Positions 13,485 through 21,801 of a stretch of DNA of 64,000 nucleotides are shown in pieces (position 1 is the stretch's first letter; the number at the start of each line of letters is the position of its first letter). The notes beneath the pieces were generated by a model. The model had not been told where the DNA came from. It did not search any database and worked only from the letters and a program-made list of their open reading frames with translations. Origin of the DNA: Patescibacteria group bacterium (lineage in GTDB: Bacteria; Patescibacteriota; Minisyncoccia; UBA6257; UBA9933); the NCBI GenBank assembly GCA_038065955.1, contig JBBTPY010000006.1, forward strand, positions 7,626 to 71,625, given 5' to 3'. Made by a program: the position numbers and the translations under genes.

Positions 13485-14408
13485 ATGAAGAATGCGAAAA
13501 TTATTATGTTGTTTATTGTTTTCGTCGGGGTGGTTATTTATCTTGCGTTTAATTGGCAGATTTTGATTAAAAAAATTCAAACCCAGCTTGAATTTCGGCC
13601 GCTTTTCAGATTGCCGGTTAAAACAGAATTTGTAAAGACAAAAGGCGAAGCCGCGCCAATGGCAACATCGGTCGCGGCAATCGCGACTTCCGCGTCGGAA
13701 ATTCCGGATTATTTAATTCCTCTCGGATTTAAACGCGAAGAACTCAGTTCTTATTTTCAAAAAATAAGAATTTCTTCGGTTTCGCCGAGTTCATGGAGCA
13801 GTTATCCGGCCAGTCTCAGGCTTTATTCATATATTCAAAAAGGGGAATCAATTAACATTACGGGCTGGAAAATTAAAAGCAATCAACGCTCATTTGAAAT
13901 TTTTAAAAGCATTGATATTTATCGGTTGGAAGGTCCGTTTGACGAAACCGATATTATTTTACCGCAAAACGGCTCTTTGACGATTTACGGCGCCAAAAAT
14001 CCGTTCAATAAAAATCTCCGGCTTAACAAATGTTCCGGTTATTTGAATAATCTTTACGATTTTAATCCGGATTTGCCGCGTAATTGTCCTTTAATTTCGC
14101 GGGAAAGTTATAAAAATCTTTCAGGAGAGTGCCAATCATATATTATGTCTTTAGGCAGTTGCGAAATTCCGTCGGCCGATAATTATAATTCTTTCCCGGG
14201 CACCGACCAAGGCAACACTTGCCGGGCTTATTTAAACACTATCAGTTATGGCAATTGCTTTAATAAATACCGCAACGACGGAGATTTTCTTTTAAATGAA
14301 TGGTGGTTGTGGATTGATAAAAACACTTTTGATATTTTTGATTTGCGGCATGATGCTGTCAGGCTTTTTGACAAAGAAGGGAAATTAGTTGACCAGTACG
14401 TTTACTAA
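13485..14408 (+). CDS. Membrane-anchored Cys-rich extracellular hypothetical protein
   Basis: N-terminal TM, INITGW, six Cys, LFDKEGKLVD ending (lamin-tail-like). Confidence 0.75.
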   Translation: MKNAKIIMLFIVFVGVVIYLAFNWQILIKKIQTQLEFRPLFRLPVKTEFVKTKGEAAPMATSVAAIATSASEIPDYLIPLGFKREELSSYFQKIRISSVSPSSWSSYPASLRLYSYIQKGESINITGWKIKSNQRSFEIFKSIDIYRLEGPFDETDIILPQNGSLTIYGAKNPFNKNLRLNKCSGYLNNLYDFNPDLPRNCPLISRESYKNLSGECQSYIMSLGSCEIPSADNYNSFPGTDQGNTCRAYLNTISYGNCFNKYRNDGDFLLNEWWLWIDKNTFDIFDLRHDAVRLFDKEGKLVDQYVY

Positions 14409-15083
14409 GCCTCTTTTTACGATATTTATCGGGATTGCCAAACCGATGTTTTCGGCTTCCAAAAGCGCCACGGTGTTGATGCCGATAATTTCGCCTTTTA
14501 AATTAATTAACGGCCCGCCGGAGTTTCCCGGGTTGATGGCGGCGTCGGTTTGAATTAAATGGCGAATTTTATGGGCGGAAGAATTGATTTCGGTTTCAGC
14601 GGAAATGGTTCGGCCGAGTCCCGAGATAATGCCTTCGGAAACGGTGTTTTTAAAGCCATAGGCGTTGCCGAGAGCCAAAACGGTTTCGCCGAGCCGGATT
14701 TTATCGGAATCGCCGAGTTTGAGCGTCGGAAAATTTTTGTGTTTATTGGCGATTTGAAGAACGGCGATATCGTTATTTTTTTCCCAGCCGATAATTTTAG
14801 TTTTGTATTTTTTATTGTCGTTCGTGATAATTGCGTAATCGGCGCCGGGGTCGGCGATAATGTGTTTGCTGGTTAAAATAACGCCCGATTTGTCGATAAA
14901 AAATCCCGAGCCGCCGCCGATTTCAATATCGCCGTTGCGGTCGGCGATTTTTTTAAGTTTTTTCTTGTCTTTCGGACTGGTCATTTTTTTTGGAATTTTG
15001 GAAATATTTTCTGAAACCGTGATTGAAACTACGGCCGGCATTACCTTTTTAATTATTTTCGGTATTAAATTATTGTCGTTCAT
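14385..15083 (-). CDS. HtrA/DegP-family trypsin-like serine protease lacking PDZ domain
   Basis: PAVVSI, GGSGF, TSKH, DIAVL, QTDAAINPGNSGGPL. Confidence 0.88.
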   Translation of the reverse strand: MNDNNLIPKIIKKVMPAVVSITVSENISKIPKKMTSPKDKKKLKKIADRNGDIEIGGGSGFFIDKSGVILTSKHIIADPGADYAIITNDNKKYKTKIIGWEKNNDIAVLQIANKHKNFPTLKLGDSDKIRLGETVLALGNAYGFKNTVSEGIISGLGRTISAETEINSSAHKIRHLIQTDAAINPGNSGGPLINLKGEIIGINTVALLEAENIGLAIPINIVKRGLVNVLVN

Positions 15084-15134
15084 TTATTAGTTATTAATGC
15101 GGTGCCTTTCGCCCAAAATCCTAATTTTGAAAAT

Positions 15135-15224
15135 TGGCGGAGGGTAGAGGATTTGAACCTCTGAGGGGATTTCTCCCCAAGCGCATTTCGAGTGCGCCGC
15201 ACTAGACCACTATGCGAACCCTCC
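15135..15224 (-). tRNA. tRNA-Ser(CGA)
   Basis: GGAGGGT acceptor, anticodon arm GCGCA-CT-CGA-AA-TGCGC, long variable arm, GTTCAAATC, encoded CCA. Confidence 0.95.
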
Positions 15225-15232
15225 ATGCCCTA

Positions 15233-15304
15233 TGCCCTCGCGAGGAATCGAACCTCGATTTTAGGTTTAGGAAACCCACGTCCTATCCGTTGAACGACAA
15301 GGGC
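15233..15304 (-). tRNA. tRNA-Arg(CCT)
   Basis: GCCCTTG acceptor, TGGGT-TT-CCT-AA-ACCTA, GGTTCGATTCC. Confidence 0.93.
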
Positions 15305-15337
15305 GGTTTGATTTAGTTTATCTTTTTTATTTGAAAG

Positions 15338-15366
15338 TTGCAATTAAATTAAATTTTAAGTAATAT
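15338..15366 (+). promoter_or_regulatory. Sigma70-type promoter for tRNA-Ala
   Basis: TTGCAA-17 nt-TAATAT. Confidence 0.5.
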
Positions 15367-15384
15367 TTTCAATATATTTTAAGC

Positions 15385-15455
15385 GGGCCTATAGTAAAAT
15401 GGTATTACATCTCCATGGCATGGAGAAGGTAGGAGTTCGATTCTCCTTAGGTCCA
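15385..15455 (+). tRNA. tRNA-Ala(GGC)
   Basis: GGGCCTA/TAGGTCC acceptor with G3:U70, TCTCC-AT-GGC-AT-GGAGA, GTTCGATTC. Confidence 0.95.
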
Positions 15456-15556
15456 CTGTATGATACTTCGAGCCGGAGAATTGCTGATTAAGCTCGAAGA
15501 TTACTGACAATTTTGCGGTTCCAAATCCTTTATTTCGCGTGTACGGAATTCCCTCA
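15456..15556 (-). pseudogene. C-terminal remnant of a recombinase reading into tRNA-Ala antisense
   Basis: EGIPYTRNKGFGTAKLSVIFELNQQFSGSKYHTV-DLRRIEL resembles, from memory, C-termini of CPR serine recombinases. Confidence 0.5.
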
Positions 15557-15674
15557 GATTTATATTGATTTTCCATTTTCATATTTATTCTCATTTTTCG
15601 GCTACTTTTGCATACAATCGGATATAGCCGTTATATACGATTTTGGGCTGTTGACTTGTTCCACAATCTACTAT

Positions 15675-15701
15675 AATCTAATATAGTTAAAGTATAAGAT
15701 A
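15675..15701. promoter_or_regulatory. Imperfect palindromic operator upstream of 15729 gene
   Basis: AATCTAATATAGTTAAAGTATAAGATA, 21/27 identical to 27153-27179. Confidence 0.55.
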
Positions 15702-15728
15702 ATTTACTTGTAGTGAGTTTATCGAACT

Positions 15729-16118
15729 ATGGCAAAAATCCATATCAAAAAGTTTTTACCCGACGGCGCTATTAACCCGGAGTATTTAGAGGAGTTGAAG
15801 CGTCGGACACTTATTCAAAGCACGGCTTCATCTTTGCGGCTTTCTGGCATTAAGATTACCGAGAAAGAAGTTGAACTAATTGTTAATCGCCCGGCGTCCA
15901 ATTCTGTTTTCCATAAAAACATAGAAAAGATTTTATCGCCAAAACAGCTGGCGGTTTTGAAGTATCTGCAAAGCGTGGAAGAAGCCGCTCCCGGCGAAAT
16001 TGCTAAAAAAGCAAAAGTTGCCAGACCCACAGTCAATCAAGCGTTAGACAAGCTTTTGCGCCTCAAAAAAGTCGAACGGATCGGCCTTGGAAGAAGTACG
16101 AGATATAGGAAATTATGA
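15729..16118 (+). CDS. Fic N-terminal-like helix fused to winged HTH (no Fic catalytic domain)
   Basis: LIQSTASSLRLSGIKITEKEV plus LSPKQ...VARPTVNQAL...GLGRSTRY. Confidence 0.7.
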   Translation: MAKIHIKKFLPDGAINPEYLEELKRRTLIQSTASSLRLSGIKITEKEVELIVNRPASNSVFHKNIEKILSPKQLAVLKYLQSVEEAAPGEIAKKAKVARPTVNQALDKLLRLKKVERIGLGRSTRYRKL

Positions 16119-16216
16119 AAATAAAGGATTTACCAAAATCGGATAGGCCGCGGGAGAAGCTCGAGAAATATGGACCCGAGCGGCTTTCGAATTCATGGCT
16201 TTTGATGATAAATTAA
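16115..16216 (+). pseudogene. radC: RadC N-terminal fragment
   Basis: MKIKDLPKSDRPREKLEKYGPERLSNS then stop after 33 aa. Confidence 0.75.
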
Positions 16217-16220
16217 AACT

Positions 16221-18113
16221 ATGAATAATAACGGCGTACATCGCAAAAAGGATTCGGCGCGGATTGTGTGGGATTCAAAGCCACATCGCGCGCCGAATCC
16301 GAAAGATATTGAATTTCAAACAGCCGAGGTGGTGATTCCGAACCCAGAAACCGCCGGGCAGTTGCCGATGTCTTTTCAGGATAGACTGCTGGGAGAGGAA
16401 GAACTAGACAAGCAAAAAATGAACCGCCTCATTTGGGGCGACAATCTGCTCGCGATGCAGGCGCTTTTGAATCAGGGGTACGAGGGCAAAATCAATCTCA
16501 TCTACATTGATCCGCCGTTTGATTCTAAAGCGGACTATTCGCATAAAATAAAGCTCGGCGAAACCGAATTTACCAAAGAGCCGAGCGTGATTGAGCGGCT
16601 TGCCTACAAAGACACTTGGGCCGGCGGCACGGATTCTTATCTTGATATGCTTTACCCACGCCTGCAACTAATGAAGCGGCTCCTGTCAGACAACGGATCG
16701 ATTTATGTGCATATTGGTGGTCATGTTAATGCTTACGTTAGACTATTGTTAGACGAAGTATTTGGCACAGACAACCTGATTAACGAGATCACGTGGTTTT
16801 ATAAAAATAAACTACAATCAAAACTATCTCAATTTTTCCCGAAAGATACCGAAAGTGTATTCGTTTTTGCAAAAAAATATGGCGATCATCAATTTCATCA
16901 TCAATATATTAAATTAGATGAGCCACGCAAACAAAATAAGATAAAATGGGATCCAGTCCACAAGAAGACTGTTACCGTAAAGGACGAAGCGGGCAATGTA
17001 GTTTATTATCAATCTGATCAAAAATTGATTGGCCAAATGTGGGAAATACCACGCGTCAATTCTATGGCAAAAGAAGACACGGGATATGATACACAAAAAC
17101 CACATGAGCTCATGGAAAGAATAATTAAAGCCGGTTCATCCGAGGGAGATTTAGTGGCAGATTTCTTTTGTGGGTCTGGTACCACACTTGCTCTTGCAGA
17201 AAAACTCAACCGCCGATGGATCGGGTGCGAATTGGGAAAAGTCGGCATACAAGTCACGCGGGGGCGGATGGTGGAGATGAAAAGCAAACCATTTCTGATT
17301 GAAAATATCGGCAATTATCAGCGCGAGATGATTTATCTGGGTGGCGCACGGATTTACGAGATGCAGAGAATTATTTTGAAACTCTACGGCGCGGAGCCGA
17401 TGGACGGGCGTAAAGATTTAGGCGTGAGAAAAACGGAGGATGGAACGCTGGAACTGGTCTATTGCGGCTATCCCGATAGGGCAGTTGCGGCGCATAAGGT
17501 GGAAGATTTGGCGAAGGAAGCGCAAATGCTTGATGGCACGGGCTACAAGAGACTCGTGATTCTGGCGTGGGATTATGAATACAATTATGACGAGCTTTTA
17601 CAAACGCGGATAAAAGCCGCGGGCAAGGATATAAAAACGGAAATTGTCAGCCGTCAGATTCCGCCGGACATTTACGAATACTTAAAACAAACAAAATCAG
17701 AAGAAGATATTGAGCGGTTTTCGGACAAAGTGAAGTTTTTAGAAAAACCGTATTTGAAGCTAAAAAAACCGAAAGTGAAAGACAATTCGGTTACTATCGG
17801 CATTGAAAAGTATGTGCTATATGATTTCCCGCTTGGAAGTGGCAAAAAAGCGGGCGAAGACCACCAACAACTGATGCGACTTGTCAAAGACAATTTCGCC
17901 ATTTTGATTGACTACTGGGCAGTGGATTGGGACTACGACGAATTGACCTTCAAAAGCCATTGGCAGGATTTGCGCGGGAATGGCCGAAAAGCAAAAGTAG
18001 TAGCAACAGAGAAAGAACATTCGTATGAAAAATCCGGGAAGCACACAATTGCCGTGCGCGTGGTGGACATTTTTGGCAACGATGCCACGGCTACGATTGA
18101 TATAAAGACATAA
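16221..18113 (+). CDS. mod: Type III R-M DNA methyltransferase (Mod)
   Basis: LIWGDNL, IYIDPPF, YDTQKP, DFFCGSGTT (beta-class amino-MTase); long C-terminal extension; followed by Res. Confidence 0.9.
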   Translation: MNNNGVHRKKDSARIVWDSKPHRAPNPKDIEFQTAEVVIPNPETAGQLPMSFQDRLLGEEELDKQKMNRLIWGDNLLAMQALLNQGYEGKINLIYIDPPFDSKADYSHKIKLGETEFTKEPSVIERLAYKDTWAGGTDSYLDMLYPRLQLMKRLLSDNGSIYVHIGGHVNAYVRLLLDEVFGTDNLINEITWFYKNKLQSKLSQFFPKDTESVFVFAKKYGDHQFHHQYIKLDEPRKQNKIKWDPVHKKTVTVKDEAGNVVYYQSDQKLIGQMWEIPRVNSMAKEDTGYDTQKPHELMERIIKAGSSEGDLVADFFCGSGTTLALAEKLNRRWIGCELGKVGIQVTRGRMVEMKSKPFLIENIGNYQREMIYLGGARIYEMQRIILKLYGAEPMDGRKDLGVRKTEDGTLELVYCGYPDRAVAAHKVEDLAKEAQMLDGTGYKRLVILAWDYEYNYDELLQTRIKAAGKDIKTEIVSRQIPPDIYEYLKQTKSEEDIERFSDKVKFLEKPYLKLKKPKVKDNSVTIGIEKYVLYDFPLGSGKKAGEDHQQLMRLVKDNFAILIDYWAVDWDYDELTFKSHWQDLRGNGRKAKVVATEKEHSYEKSGKHTIAVRVVDIFGNDATATIDIKT

Positions 18114-18117
18114 TCCT

Positions 18118-20961
18118 ATGACAAAGAAAATCCACAATAATTTACTCAATGAATTACCGCTTGCCGCGATACTTGCACCGGAAGTAAAGGCGTGGGCGGA
18201 TCAGGGCTGGCAAGGCGTAACGCAGACGACCTACGAACTTTTGGCGTATTGGTTTAATCGTGGGGAAGAAGACGGCGATGGATTTCATAAATGTCAGCGC
18301 CGTGCGGTGGAGACGATTATTTACTGCCATGAAGTTTTGGGTATTGAAACACTCAAACAGGCATTTGAAAGATTTGCTCCCGAAGCGTTGGCGGCAAGCG
18401 CGGCTCTTTCGGAAGAAGTGCAGAATTTACCTTTTGCGAAATATTGTCTCAAAATGGCAACCGGTACCGGCAAGACATGGGTTTTGGCCGCACTTTTAGT
18501 ATGGCAATATTTCAACGCCCTGAACGGCGAGCGGCCGGGAAAATATTCCTCACATTTTTTGCTCGTTGCGCCTGGACATGAGGTATTGAATCGTTTGCTG
18601 GATATGTTTTTAGGAAAGCATAACCCGAAAACCGGCAATCGCGACAAATCAAAATCGGATTTTGAGCGACCGCTTTTTATACCAGAGGGCGAGCGGTTTC
18701 GCAATCGTTTTAATCTGCAAGTTTTGGAACCGGCGGACATCCGACCAAATCTTACGCCGCCGGACGAGCCGTTTGTGTATATCACTAACTGGCAGCAGTT
18801 TCGTTTGAACGAATCCAGCAACTTATGGGATCAACTAACTGGCGCTGATGTGGAGGAACAGCCGCGCGGCGAAATCATTGCCGATTTTCTTTCCGAGTAT
18901 TCAGATTTAATTATTTTCAATGACGAGGCGCACCATGTCCATGGCGCTAAAACCGCTAAAGGCGAGGAGTTGGTGTGGCGGAAATTCTTAACCGCTCTGT
19001 ATAACCGAATGGCGGAAAAGCGCGGCGATGAGAAAGGCGTATTTTTACAAATTGATTTTTCCGCTACGCCATTTTATGGCAGCGCGGAGAAAAAAGAGTA
19101 CTTCCCCCATATCGTCTATGATTTTGATTTAGTGGAAGCGATGCGGGCGATGCTCGTGAAGCAGATATTTTTGGAAGAACGGCAGGGAATGATGGGCGAG
19201 AAAATGGATGACCTTGATGTGCGCGCCGAACGAGCCGAAGCCGACGACGAACACCGGCGCGGGCAAGTTATCGGTGTTTCCGTGAGCCAGAAACTGCTTT
19301 TAGACATCGGCAGAAAAAAGATGGAGCAGATCGCCGTGGAATTTCGCGAAAAAGGACTGGATAAAAAACCGGTGCTTTTCGTGCTTGCGGAAAATACCGA
19401 GGTGGCTGATTTGGTTGCCGAGCATTTGGCAAATTTGACCGACGAGCGTGGCAGAAACTATCGCAATCAAGTTCTTGTAATTCACTCTGATAAAAAAGGC
19501 GAAATGAGCGACAAGGATTGGGAAAAGTATCGCCAGCAGTTGGAAACGCTAGATGAGCCAGAGGAAATAAACCAGATTCGCGTCGTGGTAAGCGTCTTGA
19601 TGTTGCGCGAGGGTTTTGACACTCAAAATGTGGCGGTGGTAGTGGTTTTGCGGAGCGCGAAAGCTGATCTCCTTTTGGAACAGATTGTCGGGCGCGGCGT
19701 ACGACTGATGTTCCCGGAATACAAATACCCAGAACTTGCGGACTTGAAGCGAGAGGCGCGGGAAGATGTGATGCGAAAGCGCGCGCCGAAAAACTCTTTG
19801 GACTTTTTGTTTGTTGTTGAACACCCAAAATTTCGAGGTTTCTATGAAGAATTACAGAAACAGGGATATGCGATTGGTATTGGCGATTCGTCGAGCACGG
19901 AAACAACCGGCGATTTGATTTTGTCGGAAGCCACACCCGAAAGAATTAAAAAATACGATCTCTCTTGGCCGATACAGGTATATGAACAGTCGCCGAAGTT
20001 TGATTTTTCCGCCATAGGCATTTCGGGGTTACCGAAGTATTCCATTCCGTTTGAGATGCTCAAAAAACAACTTTCCCAAATCTCCATCACAGAAACACAC
20101 GCCGAGACGGGTGGAAAAATAAAAACATGGAAACTGGACAATCAGTATTTTGATTACGCCCATTTCTTGCGCCAAGCAACAATCGCGGTGGCTTCCGAGC
20201 GCGGCACGAACACACTCACTAGCAAGATGGCAGATATTACCGGAATTATTGACGAGTATGTAAGTAATTATTTATTCGGCGGCGAGATTGACTTTCAGAA
20301 GGCCGAAAATTATACGGTCCTCAATTACGCACCGCTTTTTGATTTTGTTGTCGGGAGCGTCAAGCGAGTATTGTTGGATGGCTTGGGTAAAATTCAATAC
20401 GAAGTGAAAGCGGGAAAAGTTGGCAGGTTGAGCGATATAAAAAAGATTTATGTGCGGCAATCGCTATCTGTGCCGGTGGAGCGGTGTATTTATCCGCTCG
20501 CCGGATATTCGCGGCGAGGTGAAGGATTTGAGAAAAAGTTTATGGAGGAAACTTTGGATAAATCCACCGAGGTGGAAGCGTTTGGAAAAATTCAACAGAG
20601 AAAACACCTGCTCAACATTTCCTATCGGGACAAAGACGGAATCAAGCGCGACTATTTCCCCGACTTCGTTATCAAGATAAAAGACAAAATGTATATCGTG
20701 GAAACGAAAGCCGAGGACGAAATACAGAAGGCGGAAGGCAACGAAAAGAATTTGATCGTTTTGAAGGCGCGCGCGGCCGTGAGTTGGTGCAAAACAGCAA
20801 GTCAAATATCGCTCCCGAACCAGCCGCAGGAATGGGAGTATTTTATGTTATCTGAAAAGACATTCAATGAAAACCGGCAATTGGGCTTTGATGCGCTGGC
20901 CGACTTGGGTAGATTGGATTTGGAGCGGCTTTTGACGAGTGAAGCGGGGAAGCTGTTTTGA
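18118..20961 (+). CDS. res: Type III R-M restriction subunit (Res): SF2 helicase plus PD-(D/E)xK nuclease
   Basis: KMATGTGKT, DEAHH, FSATP, LREGFD, QIVGRGVR, YFPDF...VETK. Confidence 0.9.
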   Translation: MTKKIHNNLLNELPLAAILAPEVKAWADQGWQGVTQTTYELLAYWFNRGEEDGDGFHKCQRRAVETIIYCHEVLGIETLKQAFERFAPEALAASAALSEEVQNLPFAKYCLKMATGTGKTWVLAALLVWQYFNALNGERPGKYSSHFLLVAPGHEVLNRLLDMFLGKHNPKTGNRDKSKSDFERPLFIPEGERFRNRFNLQVLEPADIRPNLTPPDEPFVYITNWQQFRLNESSNLWDQLTGADVEEQPRGEIIADFLSEYSDLIIFNDEAHHVHGAKTAKGEELVWRKFLTALYNRMAEKRGDEKGVFLQIDFSATPFYGSAEKKEYFPHIVYDFDLVEAMRAMLVKQIFLEERQGMMGEKMDDLDVRAERAEADDEHRRGQVIGVSVSQKLLLDIGRKKMEQIAVEFREKGLDKKPVLFVLAENTEVADLVAEHLANLTDERGRNYRNQVLVIHSDKKGEMSDKDWEKYRQQLETLDEPEEINQIRVVVSVLMLREGFDTQNVAVVVVLRSAKADLLLEQIVGRGVRLMFPEYKYPELADLKREAREDVMRKRAPKNSLDFLFVVEHPKFRGFYEELQKQGYAIGIGDSSSTETTGDLILSEATPERIKKYDLSWPIQVYEQSPKFDFSAIGISGLPKYSIPFEMLKKQLSQISITETHAETGGKIKTWKLDNQYFDYAHFLRQATIAVASERGTNTLTSKMADITGIIDEYVSNYLFGGEIDFQKAENYTVLNYAPLFDFVVGSVKRVLLDGLGKIQYEVKAGKVGRLSDIKKIYVRQSLSVPVERCIYPLAGYSRRGEGFEKKFMEETLDKSTEVEAFGKIQQRKHLLNISYRDKDGIKRDYFPDFVIKIKDKMYIVETKAEDEIQKAEGNEKNLIVLKARAAVSWCKTASQISLPNQPQEWEYFMLSEKTFNENRQLGFDALADLGRLDLERLLTSEAGKLF

Positions 20962-20965
20962 ATTT

Positions 20966-21085
20966 ATGATAGAAAAACAAACAAAAGTCCGCGACTACGA
21001 AAAACAAATTGACCAGCTCGTCTATAAACTCTACGGCCTCACCCCGGAGGAGATTAAAATTGTTGAGAATAATAATAAAAAATGA
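20966..21085 (+). pseudogene. C-terminal fragment of a type IIG R-M enzyme
   Basis: 39-aa ORF containing IDQLVYKLYGLTPEEIKIVE. Confidence 0.7.
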
Positions 21086-21801
21086 CCACCGAGGATTACA
21101 ATTTATATAAATTACTTATCGAAGCGATAATAGCAATCGTCTCTCTTTTAGTTGGTGGAGTAATGGGTATTTATGTAGAAAATAGGTGGAAAATAGTGAA
21201 AAAAGTTAAAAGCCGCATAAATCAGAAAGGTTATGTAAATCAAGCAGTCGAAGTTATTGATAGTCCGCATTCTTCTCCTCAAAATGCTGGTGGCGATGCA
21301 CTTAGACAAGAAGGCGCGGGGGTTCTTGCATCCATTAAAGATAGCCCAGGTGCCTCAATAAACTTTGCGAATAATGAACCCAGGGTCGGGAGCCCCGATG
21401 AAGCTCTTGGGACAAGTTCTTTGCCCACGGAAAGTGAGCGTATTTCTTTGAGTTCGAATCAGGCGCATATTTATCAGAAAGTTCAAGAAATTCTCCAAAA
21501 ACTGAATAAAAACACTACTTTTGCAGCCAGATACCAAAATGCAATCCGTCATTTGAACAGTAATAATGCACAGGTCTGTGCTTCTGAATATCACAGCGCC
21601 TTTCTCGATGTCGTTCCAATTATTTTAGAGCGTTCCACATATGGCAGTTCTGCTCCTACAAAAGATAATTTGGACGCTCTGAACAAATCTTTTGAACAAA
21701 TCCGAGTATTTATGAACACCTCTTCTCACGACGATGCAACGCTGGGAAATACTCTAAAAAGCTTTGAGGATGCCATTCTAATTTTACTTGGTTATCTATG
21801 A
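21082..21801 (+). CDS. Hypothetical protein: N-terminal TM, low-complexity linker, helical C-terminal domain
   Basis: TM aa 11-32; ATGA overlap with downstream gene. Confidence 0.7.
   Translation: MTTEDYNLYKLLIEAIIAIVSLLVGGVMGIYVENRWKIVKKVKSRINQKGYVNQAVEVIDSPHSSPQNAGGDALRQEGAGVLASIKDSPGASINFANNEPRVGSPDEALGTSSLPTESERISLSSNQAHIYQKVQEILQKLNKNTTFAARYQNAIRHLNSNNAQVCASEYHSAFLDVVPIILERSTYGSSAPTKDNLDALNKSFEQIRVFMNTSSHDDATLGNTLKSFEDAILILLGYL

Noticed and set aside
15436-15456. Direct repeat of the tRNA-Ala 3' end at the far island boundary
   Set aside because: No matching copy seen by eye near 39.0-39.3 kb or elsewhere in the island
19268-19936. 222-aa antisense ORF inside res, and other antisense ORFs in core genes
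   Set aside because: Shadow frames of well-supported genes with no recognisable motifs
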